Below, piece by piece: positions 1-13,330 of a stretch of 64,000 bases of DNA (position 1 is the stretch's first letter; each line of letters starts with the position of its first letter). The notes under the pieces were generated by a model, which was not told where the DNA came from, searched no databases, and was given only the letters and a program-made list of their open reading frames with translations. The translations under genes were made by a program, and so were the position numbers. Location: contig NC_057719.1 in NCBI RefSeq assembly GCF_004010195.1, forward strand, positions 26,064,231 to 26,128,230, in the 5' to 3' direction. This DNA is from Chiloscyllium plagiosum (Eukaryota).

Positions 1-163
1 TTAGATCAGAGTGGTGCTGGGAAAGCACAGCAGGTCAGGCAGCATCTGAGGAGCGGGAAGGGTTCCTGTTTCCTGATGAAGGGCTTTTGCCCGAAACATT
101 GATTTTCCTGTTCCTCAGATGCTGCTTGACCTGCTGTGCTTTTCCAGCACCAATCTGATCTAA
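1..163. mobile_element. Palindromic Penelope-derived non-autonomous element (family A) with hammerhead motif
   Basis: Arms ttagatcagagtggtgctgg... / ...ccagcaccaatctgatctaa; CTGATGAAGGGCTTTTGCCCGAAAC at 73-97. Confidence 0.75.
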
Positions 164-204
164 ATAAACCATTGTCAGGTTGGGCTGTAGACCATGGAGG
201 GATG

Positions 205-334
205 AATGCTAATGAAGGGCTTTTGCCCGAAACGTCGAATCTCCTGTTCCCTGGATGCTGCCTGACCTGCTGTGCTGTTCCAGCAATAAAGTTTCAACTT
301 TGATCTCCAGCATCTGCAGACCTCACTTTCTCCT
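205..334 (+). mobile_element. Penelope-derived family A copy
   Basis: ctaatgaagggcttttgcccgaaacgtcg...catctgcagacctcactttctcct, same as the other family A copies. Confidence 0.75.
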
Positions 335-2139
335 ATTTCAGCTTTAACCACTGCCACTGGTGTTGTTGGTCCACCAGAGGATGGAAATCTTTTTTTTCTC
401 CTAAAAAAGGGATTAGAGAAGCAGATGGATTTTTAGGACACTCCTGTAGATTCATGGCCATCACTTGTATTTCATTCTGGAGTTATTATTTAATTGAATT
501 TAAATGACCCCAATTGCCATGTTAAGATTTGAATTCATTAGTCTGGACTCTGACTAATTATACAACTGCTCGCACCTCCTCCTCTGGCTTCCCACCCCGC
601 CACAATAATTTGCTGTACAAGTTTACTTCAATCTAGATTTTAATGATTAATCATTGGCATTATCAAACTTCCAGCCATCCAGCTCAAATTTCCAAGTGTA
701 CCTTTTACAGGTGCACTGCTAATGCACCAGAATTTGCAATAAGGAATACTGCAAGTATTTCAAAATAACGCATTCTTTAATTTTTCTTTAGAACAAGAAT
801 TGCTGGTACTACTGCAGTGCAACATTGCTTGTGTTAATATTAGATACATCATAGCTATTGTTCTTAATCAGCTTAGGTATTTGAAACAATCTCATCATAT
901 TCATAAGGAAAATATGCAATTGCACTGTAAAAAAACCATCTGAGTGATGGAAAACAATGCATAAAACAGTCAACTACAAACTTCCATGAGAACCCTTATC
1001 TAAATTGGATAAAGGTTTATTTAATCTTTCTTTCCAACACATGTTAAAATCTGTCAAACTAAAGCGAGCTACCCACACTTGCAGGATAATTCTGAAATTG
1101 CACTCCATTGGAAACATTTTCCTTCAATTTCCATTGGGACCACTGCAGGCTGCTCCAAAAATAATTCAAAATTTTAAATGATTTTTGTGGGACTAAGAGG
1201 AACTCTTATGAAATTTTTAATAGGAAGAGCTTTATGTAAGTGTGCTTCAATGGAATGTGCGATCTGAGAATGGAATTTAATTATGGAGAGATCTGTTATA
1301 GCAGTTATTTCTCAATCATGCCTTCATGAGACTAAATTGCTGAAAAACAAGAGTAACCTCGATCCAGTTATTTGTGGTAACATTAAATATGACAGCAGTC
1401 TAAATGTAATCATTTAAAATTACAATGACAATAACAAGCATTGAAATGTTTTCAATGGAAAGGATTGGGTAGTGAGCTGAAACAATTATTTCGCTCAAAT
1501 CCATGCTTGGTCATCTGCATTCTCTCCACTTCAAAAATATAAATATGACTCTTCACTACTGCCTCTACTGTCCATTACAAAAAGCACCATCGTACCTGCC
1601 CCATGATATTATTCAATATTATTAATTTTTTTTAAATTACAAAACTTCAGTCATCTCAATGTAGCCAAAACACCTAAGCAAAACTTACAGAGGTAAGCAT
1701 TGAGCATATTGCCAGGAAAATTTGGAAAACATATTTTAATTTTTTTTTTCTTGCTATCAGGATGCTTACAAACACATATCTTTTCCCATCCTGTAACCCA
1801 ACCTGATCTCTGCCTCTTCCAATTCCACACATCCCCCATTTTCATCGCTCCACATTGCTCATTGTCCTTCAGCTGACTCTGCATCATGTTCTCAATTTCC
1901 CTCCCTAAGCGTCTGCCTTTCCACCTCCCTCTCATCTTTTCAGTTACCCACAACATGCTCTTGGTGGTCCCCTGTTCCCACATCTTCTTATGTCACTCTG
2001 CATTAAATTTGAAACCTCATCAGCTAAAAGCACTAAATTAATGCAAGTTGCTTTGATATTTAGTTACTGAATTTAAGATGATCATCACCGAAAGGAGGTG
2101 CAGAATCCCAAACTCACATTAGCTGAAATGTTTTGATCT

Positions 2140-2750
2140 TAGTCATGGAGTCATACAGCATGGAAACACACCCTCCAGTCAAATACATCTGCACCAACCA
2201 GACATCCTAGTCTGACCTAGGCCAATTTGTCTGCATTTGGCCCATATCCCTCTAAACCCTTCCTATTCATATACCATCCAGATGCCTTCTTTATACCGAC
2301 CTCCACCATTTCCTCTGGCAGTTCATTCCATACACTCACCTCCCTCTGCATGAAAAAGTTACTGCTCAGATCCTTTTTAAATCTTCCCCGTCACCTTAAA
2401 CATATGCCCTCTAGCTTTGAACTCACCAACCATAAAAGACCTTGGCTCTTCACTCTATCCATTCCTGTCAAGACTATATAAACCTCTATAACGTCACCCC
2501 TCAGTCTCCAAGGCTCCAGGGAAAATATCCCTCGCCTATTTCGCGTCTCCCCATAACTCAAACCCTCCAATCCCAGCAACATTCTTGTCAATCTTTTCTG
2601 CACCCTCTCAAGTTTAACAACATCATTCTTATAGAAAGGCAACCTGGATTGTACGCAGTATTTTAAGAGTTGCCTCACCAATGTCCTGTACAGCTGCAAC
2701 ATGACATCCGAACTCCTATACACAATGTCTTGACCAATGATGGGAAGCAT
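2140..2750 (-). mobile_element. CR1 (HER1-like) LINE 3' fragment
   Basis: ORF 2391-2750 carries the LYRTLVR..LERVQKR..RLRGDVIEVY CR1 ORF2 C-terminus; gactc(t/c)at-type tail. Confidence 0.85.
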
Positions 2751-3544
2751 GTGTTAGGAAACATGGGTTTGCAGTAATAGGTCCTTGGTACCCACTGGCA
2801 ATAAATACCCACCTGCTCCACTTGTTTTATAAGGTTGCAGATGTCAGCAGCAATGTACCTTCAGGCACTCAACGTCCTGAGTCTCGGGAGCATAGTCCGA
2901 TTGAGAGAAGTGATTCTCTGCCTGTGACATGATGTTACAATCTCACCTACGTACAGCTGGATCTTGGTGTCAGTGCCCTTCCCCTCTGCTCAATGGAGGG
3001 GCCTGGAAATGAAGAGAAGGCTCCTGGTTTCGCTCCTGATGGTGTGTGGCCCTAGTTCTAGCTAATGAGAGAGGGTAGAAAGTGGAAGTGCATGAACAGC
3101 TCTCGATGCACAGAGAAGAATAAGAGCCCTAAAAAGAAGCTGAAGGTCAGTGAAGGTTTAAGTGGGTGAAGTGCCTTCCAAGACGTTAGCAATCACATGT
3201 TAAACAATGTAAGAGCAGTAGCCTGTCTCCTGGCCAAGCCCAGAGCTCTTCATAGCATTTCTAGCTTGTCAGTTTTGCTGAAGGACCCCCAACTAGTTGC
3301 CGATAGGTCAGGAAACAGGTTTCCTCACTGTGGAATTCAGAACTCAAACAATAAAACAGCCAATAATTGGTTTATTAGCTACCTTAATCATTTCCTAATT
3401 ACTTACCTAGCCAAGAGAATTTCACATCCATCTTCAAAATCTCCTCAGGAAAAACCAGAATAAAAATGGGATTATGACAGATACCAGAGTGCAGCCAATG
3501 GAAGTGATCTTCACAAGATTGTAAAGAATTCTGCCAATGATGTC

Positions 3545-3857
3545 AGCTTGGTTCAGTTAACAACACCCTCAGACTTCAGTGGGTTCAAATTCTGCACCCA
3601 ATGGTTGAACGTAAAAGGTTAGACTAACACTCCAACAGAATGCTGCACTGTCGCAGGTAATTTTTGTCCATTGAGACATTCATCAGAGGGTTTGTCTGCC
3701 TCTTCAATAGAAGTTAAATATCCCAAAGCAAAGTTTTGACAAGCAGCAGAGAAGTTATCACTGGTGTTCTGGCCAATATTTATCTCCTAATCAGCACCAC
3801 AAGAAAGAAGTGATCTGGTGTGATCGCAGTGCAGTTTGTCGAAGCTTCCTGTGTGCT
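3545..3857 (+). mobile_element. DeuSINE (SacSINE1/AmnSINE1-like), decayed
   Basis: tRNA-like head plus Deu-domain motifs tgctgcactgtc..., ggtgttctggccaatatttatc, gatctggt. Confidence 0.65.
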
Positions 3858-5611
3858 GTCACCTCACATGCCATCAGCACTTTGCTGTGAATCCCTAAGA
3901 GTACAGTGACTTACAGTGAGACCGCAGCCGGGCTCTGATGGGAGTCAGTGTTTGCACCACTTTACAAGTTCTCTGCATATTAGCCAGAACCCAGAATCTG
4001 GAGGTCCCAGCTCCCAACCCAGTGCCAATCATTTTTGCCAGGGGAGAGAGAACATTTAAAAATCCATAGTTCACAGTAGCAGCAAAATGCTTCTGCCTTC
4101 AATAAGAAGCAATTTGATTTGCTGGAATGATCAAAACATCATTAGTGAGGTTTAGATAATTGAGGGAAAGATCTAAACCTACTGGAGTGCTTTTGAGAGA
4201 TAAGATGCCCCTTTGGGGCTGTTGAGAGGAGATATTGAATATGTGTAAAAGGTGGATAAGGTCTGTGGAACGGAATAGCTGTGGAGTCACTTAAATCCTC
4301 TCTTCCTTAAATTTTGAAGAGACAGGCCTGCAGTTGAAAAAAAATTGAGCGCTTGCTGTTTTAATAGATGGCTGTGACATTAGCCAAAGACTATTTCAGC
4401 ATGAGCACCACTTGGCTGTTTCCACAATCTATTACAAACACGATAGGGGGCTTAGAGGTTTACAGTTTGACTAACAATTTGACTACTTATAAAGATATAA
4501 GCTGTTTTTGAGGTGCAGCTATGAATACAGTTCTTTATTAATCTTTGGAGGGGATTAAGTGCTTGAAAGAAATTGTTTTTACAAAAGGTTAGGTATGTTC
4601 AAGAACTTAAATGTATTGAATGGGGTGGTATTATGATTTTTTTAAATATAAAGAGGATAGTAGATACTTGGAACATTATTTTATTTCATCTCCCCCCTCC
4701 AACTCCTAAGGTCTGCCAATAGTGTGAAGTGGGTCATGTGGCATGAAAGGTATAGGGCAAAAGTTGGTGACTGGGGGTTAACAGAGATAGGCTGAGATAG
4801 ATAAAATTGATCAGTTGGGGAATCAACACTTCTGAGGAAAGGGCAGGAAAGTGGATTTGGGGAGCATTGGATCAGCCGTGATCTTAATGAATGGTGGAGC
4901 AGGCTCAAGCTAATCCTGTTCCTATTTCTTATGGTCTCATGGATTGACATGAGTTGGCACTGAGTTGGCACTGCGGCAAGAAAGAGCTTTGGGGATGTGA
5001 AGGTTGGCACTAAGTGGGCATGAGGGTCATCAGTTGACACAGAGAATGAGGGACTCTGCAGGTGGAAGGAATGACATAGGTTAGCGTTGGGTGCGGGGGG
5101 TGAATAGGGAATGAGGCCGTGGGAGGGGTTAGGGCTAGAAAGGTGTGTTTGAATTATTGCTTCCATTACACAAGATTCATTGTTGCCTTTTTGGCACCCA
5201 ACAGCCCATGGTCGTTGCTGCACTATTTCCAAGGTTGATGGACTAAACTCCAATTCAGACTGCCCTCCTGGAAGGACATTCAACTATTTGGAACAATTGC
5301 TCCCAAGTCTGGATTTCAGAAGTACACAACTCAGAAGTAAAAATATGACCCAGTTTCACCAGCTTTGGTGCACCTCTTAAAGCAGACTTGTAGATTTTGG
5401 ATTCTAACCGATACACTGCTTTGAAGAAGCAGACAGCCACTTTATGAGATAGAAGTCGAGCCTGAAGAGGTTGGTAGGTAAATTGGATAGGGATCTGTTG
5501 TTCTGCAGATAAGTGAACTTGATCTGTGCTAGCCCCATGGTGTAGTAATTGCACACCAGCAGCAGGACACATTACCTTTCCCATACTGCCACCAGGTCTT
5601 CTCCTCTGTCA

Positions 5612-5699
5612 CTATGGCGAAAATGAGTACTGCAGATGCTGGAGATTAGAGTCAAGAATGTGATGCAGGAAAAGCACAGCAGGTCAGGCAGCATCCCTG
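5612..5699 (-). mobile_element. Truncated Penelope-derived family A copy
   Basis: TSD ctcctctgtca at 5601-5611 and 5700-5710. Confidence 0.75.
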
Positions 5700-6142
5700 C
5701 TCCTCTGTCAATTAATGTAACAGTGATACAGTGCTAACAAGCTTCCTTAATTCATGCAGTAATGCGGACAGCATTGGCAGGACCAGCATTTAATAGCCAT
5801 CTCCATCCACCCAATTTTTCTAATCAACCTGCTCAGAGATGTTATTATACCTCTCACCTCTACAGCAGATGGCATTTGAACCCAGGCCTTCAGGTCCAGG
5901 GGTAGGGACACTACAACTGCGCCACAACCCACTCGTCTTGAATACTGAGTGACGTGGTAAGCTGTTTCAGAGGGCAGTTAAGGAGTCAGCCAAGTTGTTG
6001 TGGATCTGGATTCTGTAAAAATAAAAGGGCAGATTTCCTTTCCTGAAGTACATTAGTGAAGCAGATAGGTTTTTAAGACATTTTGGCAGTTACATCAGCA
6101 CCATTGCTGAGACTAGCTCTTTATTCTAGATTTAGGTAATCA

Positions 6143-6470
6143 ACTCACCAAGGCTCCTTCAACAGCATCTTCCAAACCCACAACCTCTATCCACTCTAAA
6201 AAACAAGGGTAGCAAATGCATGAGAACGTCACCATCGGCAGGTTTCCCTTCAAGTCACCACACTACCCCAACTTGGAAATATAATCACTGTTTCGCCACT
6301 TGGTCAAAATCCTGAAACTCCCATCCTAATAGCAGTATGGGTGTGACTGCCCATTGCAGACTGCAGTGGTTCCAGATGGCAGCTCAGCACTTTCACAAGG
6401 GCAAATTCGGGATGGACAATAAATGCTGGCCTTCCCCGCGACATCCACATCCCATGTACCAAGTTTTTAA
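6143..6470 (+). mobile_element. LINE 3' UTR (CR1/L2 group) inserted into a tRNA-derived SINE
   Basis: ccaaggctccttcaacagcatcttccaaaccc...gggatggacaataaatgctggcc, same family as 22210-23035. Flanking SINE halves at ~5960-6140 and ~6470-6572. Confidence 0.6.
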
Positions 6471-6572
6471 AAACTGAATTTAATATCCCCAGCTGCTAAA
6501 CTGGGATTTGACCTCATGTTTTCAGACCATTGGTCCTAGCATCTTGTTTATTGGCAGAGTAACATCATTACT

Positions 6573-6903
6573 GTGGCACAGTGGTTAGCACTGCTGCCTC
6601 ACAGTGCCAGGGACCCAGGTTTGATTCCAGCCTTTGGTGACTGTCGGTGTGGAGTTTGCACATTCTCCCTGTGTCTGCTTGCGTTTTCTCTGGGTGCTCC
6701 CGTTTCCTCCCACAGTCCAAAGATGTGCAGGTCAGATGAATGGCCATGTTTTCAGACCATTGGTCCTAGCATCTTGTTTACTGGCACAGTGTTAGATGCA
6801 TTAGTCAGAGGGAAATGGGTCTGGGTGAGTTACTCTTCGGAGGGTTGGTGTGGACTTGGGCTGAAGGGCCAGTTGTCACATTGTAGGGAATCTAATCTTA
6901 ACT
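6573..6903 (+). mobile_element. HE1-type V-SINE
   Basis: tRNA-derived head gtggcacagtggttagcactgctgcctcacag, V domain ggagtttgcacattctcc...gggtgctcc, CR1-derived tail ending aatctaatct. Confidence 0.9.
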
Positions 6904-7642
6904 TGCTACTTTTCGCATAATCTGACATGCAGCAGCCTGGACAGGCCCATCCACCCAGCTGATACTGCCCCAGGCCTCTCAATCAAGCTTCTATCAGCTT
7001 TACTGACCTCACAAGGGAAGCAACTCTTCAGAGTATGAGAGGGAGGAAACCTTCTTGCAAGAAAGACACCATCAGTTGGCACTTGATCGTGAATTAACTG
7101 GACGGCAGTTTTCATGTTTGCCATTAAACAAATCACCTTTCACACATTTGGCAAAGTGCTCTGCAGTGTGGCTTTACAGCACAGTGCTGATTCAGAATGT
7201 CAGCATGTCACAAATGCACATGTTCCTAAACAGTTTGAATGTCGTTTAATTCATGGTTAAAGCATTAGTGTAAATGTAACAAAGTGTGTGAACTCAGTGC
7301 AGACCCATATGATTTTGAGTTTCAAGGGATGAGCAGGTCACCTGATTTGCTGCAATTAATTCATTGTCGTCTGCAAGATATTTGGATGGTTCCTCACCTT
7401 CCAAGCCTTACTTATCCTGTTGTTGCTTTTGCAATTGCAGGCTTCTCTGTACAGTGAGGCTGAGTAGAGCAACCAATTAAAATGAATTGGTCATTATTGA
7501 GGCATAGTGAAGAGAGCCCCACAGATATGTCAAGGCACCTGAAACTTCTTCAGTATCCCAATTGTATACTCTATTATTAATATTGGTGGTCCCCTGGCTT
7601 TGATTAAAAGACCACAAGAAGTAGGAGCAGAGTTCGACCGCT

Positions 7643-8128
7643 CAGTCATAGAGTCATAGAGATGTACAGCATGGAAACAGACCCTTCGGTCCAACCTGTC
7701 CAAGCCGACCAGATATCCCAACCCAATCTCGTCCCACCTGCCAGCACCCGGCCCATATCCCTCCAAACCCTTCCTATTCATATACCCATCCAAATGCCTC
7801 TCAAATGTTGCAATTGTACCAGCCTCCACCACATCCTCTGACAGCTCATTCAATACACGTACCACCCTCTGCGTGAAAAAGTTGCCCCTTAGGTCTCTTT
7901 TATATCCTTCTCCTCTCACCCTAAACCTATGCCCTCTAGTTCTGGACTCCCCAACCCCAGGGAAAAGACTTTGTCTATTTATCCTATCCATGCCCCTCAA
8001 AATTTTGTAAACCTCTATAAGGTTTACCTCTATAACCTCTTGGGCTTCAGATTGGTATGACAGGTCGGCGCAACATCGAGGGCCGAAGGGCCTGAACTGC
8101 GCTGTAATGTTCTATGTTCTATAAGGTT
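7643..8128 (-). mobile_element. Young CR1 3' fragment with a nested plus-strand CR1 tail (8040-8122), both inside an older CR1 (~7610-8700)
   Basis: ORF 7530-8000 is a CR1 ORF2 C-terminus (TRGHRFRV..FFTQRVV). TSD tctataaggtt at 8014-8024 and 8118-8128. Confidence 0.85.
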
Positions 8129-8703
8129 CGAATCTGCTGCACCATTCAACAAGACGATGGCTGAGCTAATCATTCTTAACTCCACTTTCCTGCTTCTTAA
8201 TTTTGATTCCTTTCCTGATTAAAAAGTCTGTTGATCTCAACCTTGAAAATACTTAATGACCCAGTCTTCCGAGGAAAAGAATTCCACAGATTCACTGCCT
8301 GACAGAAGAAATTTCTCCTCAATTGTGTCCGAACTTGGCAAACTTTTATTTTGAAATTATGCTCCCTTGTTCTAGTCTTTCCTAAAGGGGAAACAGCTAT
8401 CCTGTCAAGCTTCCTAAAAAACATGTATATTTCAATGAGATAACTTCTCTTTCTTCAAAATTTCAATGAGTACATGTCCAAACTACCCTATTTCTTCGCC
8501 TATGAACATTTATTTATATCCAAGAAAAACCTAATGAACTTTCTCTCTACTGCTTTCAATGCTAGTATATCTTCCCCAAGATAAGGGACCCAAAACATTC
8601 ACAGAGTACTCTACACGTCTAACCGGTGCCATTATGACTTTAGCAAGATCTCTCCATGTTTATACTCCTCCTTTTGAAATATATGACCAACAACCTATTT
8701 GCT

Positions 8704-8824
8704 CAAGGTTTGCGAAAAGATTTGTAGCTTGAGTGTCATTTGTCATAGTTGTGGGTATGTTTGCTGAGCTGGGAAGTTGATTAGCAGACATTTTGTCCCC
8801 TGTCTAAGTGACATCTTCAGTGCT
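8704..8824 (-). mobile_element. Penelope (Poseidon-like) pLTR fragment with decayed hammerhead
   Basis: Reverse complement cactgaagatgtcacttagacaggggacaaaatgtctg...cagctcagcaa resembles 25833-25900. Confidence 0.65.
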
Positions 8825-9535
8825 GAGGTGGAGATGGTCAAGAGTGTCCAGTTTCTGGGAGGGATGATCACTAACAATCTGTCCTGGTCCACCACCCCAA
8901 TAACACTTCTACTTCCTCAGGAGGCTAAGGAAAGTCAGCATGTCTACAAAGGCGGTGACCAATTTTTATAGCTGCACCGTAGAAAGCATCCTATCTGGAT
9001 GCAAGCTAGCTGGATGGTTTGGTAACTGCTCTTCCCAAGACCATAAAAAACTACAGATTCATGAACACAGCCCAGTCTATCATGCAAACCAGCTTTCCAT
9101 CCACTGACTCCATTGTTACTTCCCGCTGCCTTGGTTATATTCTCTTCCACCCTCTTCTGTCAGGCAGAAGTAATAAAGGTTTGAACACATGCACGAACAG
9201 ATTCAAGGGGGACAGTGAGGTCTGCAGATGCTGGAAATCAGAGTTGAGAGTGTGTTACTGACCTGCTGTGCTTTTCCAGCAACCACAATCTCAACCACAA
9301 ACAGATTCAAGACCAGCTTCTTCCCCACTATTATCAGACGTTTGAATAGACCTCTCAAATGTTAATTATGATCTCTTTCTCTCTCTCTGCACCTTCTCTG
9401 TGGCTGTAACATTGTCTCCTGAAATCTGTTCTGCTACCCAAATGCATCTGTGATCTGCCTGTACAACATGAAAAACAGCACTTTTCAATGTATCTTGGTA
9501 CATGTGACAACAATTAATCAAACAAATAAACTCAA
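8825..9535 (+). mobile_element. Rex1/Babar LINE 3' fragment, interrupted by family A insertion 9208-9299
   Basis: EVEMVKSVQFLG..ITNNLSW motif; same family as 52738-53672. Insertion TSD aacagattcaag at 9196-9207 and 9300-9311. Confidence 0.75.
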
Positions 9536-10020
9536 ACCTTACAGAGTTGGCCAAATCTTTGCTGTATGTGTACAGCTGTACAAAAAATGTAAAGATTCCA
9601 TGAACATATATAAACCTTCAACACAATACAAAACAAAAATTAAAACTTATTAAATGTCCTTAATAATAGACTCTTGTATTTTCCTAATGGTGTCAGACTA
9701 ACTGACATATAATTCTGTGTTCTCCTACTTTTGAAGTTATATTTGTTATCCTCTAATCCATGGGGACCACTGCAGCATCTACAGAAGTCTGAAACAAAAC
9801 AAAATCAATGCATTTACTATGACTGCAGCCACCTCTATAAAACCCCAAGGGTGTAGTCTATCAGAGTTTCAGATTCAGCAGTTTTGCCAGTACTTTTTCT
9901 TTACTAAAATTAATTACTTTTTGTTTCTCACTCTTTTTAAACCTATGGTTCTACATAATTTCCACTATGTTCTTTGGATGTTCTCTTTTGAAGACAAATG
10001 CCAAACATTTATTTTCATTT

Positions 10021-10220
10021 AGATTAGAGTGGTGCTGCAAAAGCACAGCAGGTCAGGCAGCATCCGAGGAGCAGGAGAATTGATGTTTCGGGCAAAAGTT
10101 CTTCATCAGGAATAGAGGGCAGGAAGCCTCCCCTCGGATGCTGCCTGACCTGCTGTGCTTTTCCAGCACCACTCTGATCAAAACTCTGGTTTCCAGCATC
10201 TGCAGTCCTCATTTTTACCT
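10021..10220. mobile_element. Palindromic Penelope-derived family A copy
   Basis: Inverted arms; 14-bp TSD atttattttcattt at 10007-10020 and 10221-10234. Confidence 0.85.
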
Positions 10221-10256
10221 ATTTATTTTCATTTGTCATTCCCTTATTCCCCAGCA

Positions 10257-10845
10257 GAATATTGAATATAGGAGTTAGGATGTCATGATGTGGCTATACC
10301 GGACATTGGTGAGGCCCCTTTTAAAATACTGTACACAATTCTAGTCACCCTTCTATTGGAAGGATGCTGTTAAACTTGAGGGTGCAGAAAGGATTAACAA
10401 GGATGACGCTGGGATTGGAGAGTTTGTGTTGGAGGGAGAGGCTGAATAGGCTGGAGCTTTTTTTCCCCTGGAACAGAGGAGGCTGAGGATTAACCTTATA
10501 GAGATTTCTAAAGTCATGAGGGGAATGGATAAGGTCATTTTCCAAGGATGGTGAAGTTCAAAACTAGAGGGGAGAGATTTAAGGTGAGAGGGGAAAGACT
10601 TAAAAGCAGGTATAGCAGAGGGTGGCGTGTGTAAGGAATGAGCTACCAGAGGAAATGGTGTAGGCTGGTACAATTACAACATTTAAAAGGCATCTGGATG
10701 TGTATACGAATAGGAAGGGTATATTGCGATATGGGCCAAAGGCTGGCAAATGGGACTAGGTCAGATTGGGATGTCTGGTGGGCACAGACAAGTTGGACTG
10801 AAGGGTCTACTTGCATGCTCTATGACTCTATAACTTCTGTATAAT
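10257..10845 (+). mobile_element. CR1 LINE 3' fragment
   Basis: Homologous to 2140-2750 and 7643-8038; ctatgactctat tail. Confidence 0.85.
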
Positions 10846-11691
10846 TTAATGGTCATCCCACATTTCCAGAGGGAACTTTATTCCTGCATTTTCATTAATA
10901 TGAACAATTTCATGAACAGTTTGTCATTGTTCATCTACCATCATATCTTATTATCTTCCCAAACTGCCTCAGACAACTCACCAAGTTTGGTACATACCCA
11001 TAGCACTCTTCAAAATAAACTGAAATTTCAACATTCTTGCCTAAGAATTTATTTCTATAAGACTGTTAGAGTCTATTAGAGAATTTATTTCTCTAATCCT
11101 GTCTTATTAGGCAGCACCAGATCCACAATAGTCTCCTTCCTAGTTAATTCCTCAACATATCATTCATTCTCGGGATCTGTTTCAAATTCATTGCATGAAC
11201 TCATCCCTCAAGTTACATTTGTCAATTTGGCATGCCCAGTTGTGTGAAGATTAAAGTTATCCTCAATATTGCATTATGCTTGTTACATACTCCTTTGATC
11301 TTACACATCAATATTCTATCCAGTATTATTAGGTGACCTATAAATTACTGCCACCAATTTCTTCTGTGCTTGTTTCCTTTTTAACTTCCACCCATACTGA
11401 TTCTAATCTTGCTTTTCTGAGATAAGATACTTTCCAACTTCTGCTTTTATCTCATTTTTACTATCAGGTTACATCACCGACTTTTCCATTTTGCCTACCT
11501 TTTCTAAAACTCAAGTACCCTGGAAAATTTAAGTCCCCAATCTTGGTCACCCTGCATACCTTGGTCACCCATCTCTGTAAGGGCCACTAGGTCAAACCAC
11601 TTTATCAATACTTGTACCATTATTAAATTCTCTGTTCATTCCAGTCTCTATCTGCTTGATTTTAACTAAGTTACTTCTCTGCACTAGTCTT

Positions 11692-13330
11692 AAGAACAAA
11701 GAACAGTACAGCATAGGAATAGGCCCTTTAGCCCATTAAACCTGTACCAATACATACATCTTTCTAAACTCTACACAGTCTATATTCCCTGCCTATTCTT
11801 GTATCTGTAAAGATGCCTCTTAAACATTGTTAATGCATCTGCTTCTACCACTTCCAGGCCTCTGTGTAAAAAACTTGCCTCTCACATCTCCTTTAAACTT
11901 TCTCCCTTTTACCTTAAACCCAGGCCTCTTAGTAATTGACATTTCCACCCTTTGGAAAATGACTTCAACTATCTGTTCTATCCATGCCTCTCATAATTTT
12001 GTAAACTTCTATCAGGTCGCCACCTCAGAATCCAATGTTCAAGTTTGTCCAATCTCTCCTCACAGCTAATACCTTCCAACCAGGCAACATTCTCGTAAAC
12101 CTTTTCTGAACCCACTCCAAAGCCTCCAGATTCTTCTGGTAGAGTCCATAGAACAGGACTGTCCACAATATTCCAAATTTGCCCGAACTGAAATTCTACA
12201 CATCTGCAACATAACTTGCCAATATTTATCTACACTCTGACCAATAAAGGCAAGCATACCATATCCTTTCTTGACCATTTTATGCACTTGTGTTGCCATT
12301 TTCAGGGAACTGTGGACCTGTACCTAGATACACCTGTATGTTAATGCTTCTTAGTATTCTGCCAATTACTGTACACTTTCCTCCCGCATTAGACCTTCCA
12401 AAATGCATCACGTTGCATTTGTCTGAATTAAATTTCATCTGCAATTTGTCCACCCACATCTCCAGCTGTATCCTCTGGCAATTATCCTCACTGCCCACAG
12501 CTCTCCCAATCTTTGTGTTGTCTGCAAACTCACTAATCAGATCACCCATGTTCTCCTCAAATCATTTATATATGTTACAAACAATAGGTCCCAGCACTGA
12601 TTCCTGCAGAACCCCACTGGTCACAGATCTCCTATCAGAAAAATACCCTCCCACTACTAGTCACTGTCTTCTTTAACCAAGCCAGTTCTGTATCCACCTT
12701 AATAGCTCTCCACCGATTCCATGTAACTTCAGATGCTGTATTAGCCTGATGTGGCTTGTCCATGGCCTTGCTAAAGTTCATGTAGACAACATCAATGGCC
12801 TTTCCATTATTAATGACCTTTGTCACTTCACTAAAAAACTCAATCCATTTTGTAAGATGAGATCTTCCTCACAAAAAGCCATGTTGCTTATCATTAATAA
12901 GTCCATATTTCTCGAAATGTGAGTAAATCCTGTCCCTAAGAAACTTCGCCACTAACTTCCCTACTACTTACGTAAGACTCATCAGTCTGTAATTACACAG
13001 ATTATCCCTGTTGCAAAACAAGGAAGCAAAGGAACAACGTTCACTATTCTCCAGTTGTCTGGGACCTCTCCTGTAACCAAAAAGGATACAAAGATTTTGT
13101 ACAAGGCCTCATCAATTTCCTCCTTTACCTCTCTCAGTATTCTTGGATAGATCCCAATAGCTCCTAGGGACTTGTCTACATTAATGCTTTTCAAAACATC
13201 CAACACCTCCTTTTATTTTGACCTAAAATATCAACATGGTCCTCTCTACACCCACTCTCCACCATGTCCTTTTCATTTAGGAGCCTACTCCTTGTTTAAG
13301 TAGACTCCTACTTTCTTCATATTCTTCAAG
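11692..13330 (-). mobile_element. CR1 LINE ORF2 (RT) fragment
   Basis: ORF pieces VDKSLG..GIYPRILRE, DVVYMNFSKA, ISEFADNTKIG, KFNSDKCNVMHFG. Confidence 0.9.

Noticed and set aside
4681..5283. 200-aa minus-strand ORF
   Set aside because: Crosses an antisense CR1 tail and G-rich decayed repeat; no domain recognised.
6573..6645. tRNA gene (also 20677, 47640, 54640)
   Set aside because: The tRNA-like A/B boxes are SINE heads continuous with the V domain.
7643..8128. Head-to-head CR1 tails as twin priming by two RNAs
   Set aside because: The 11-bp direct repeat tctataaggtt flanks the plus-strand tail, indicating a later nested insertion.
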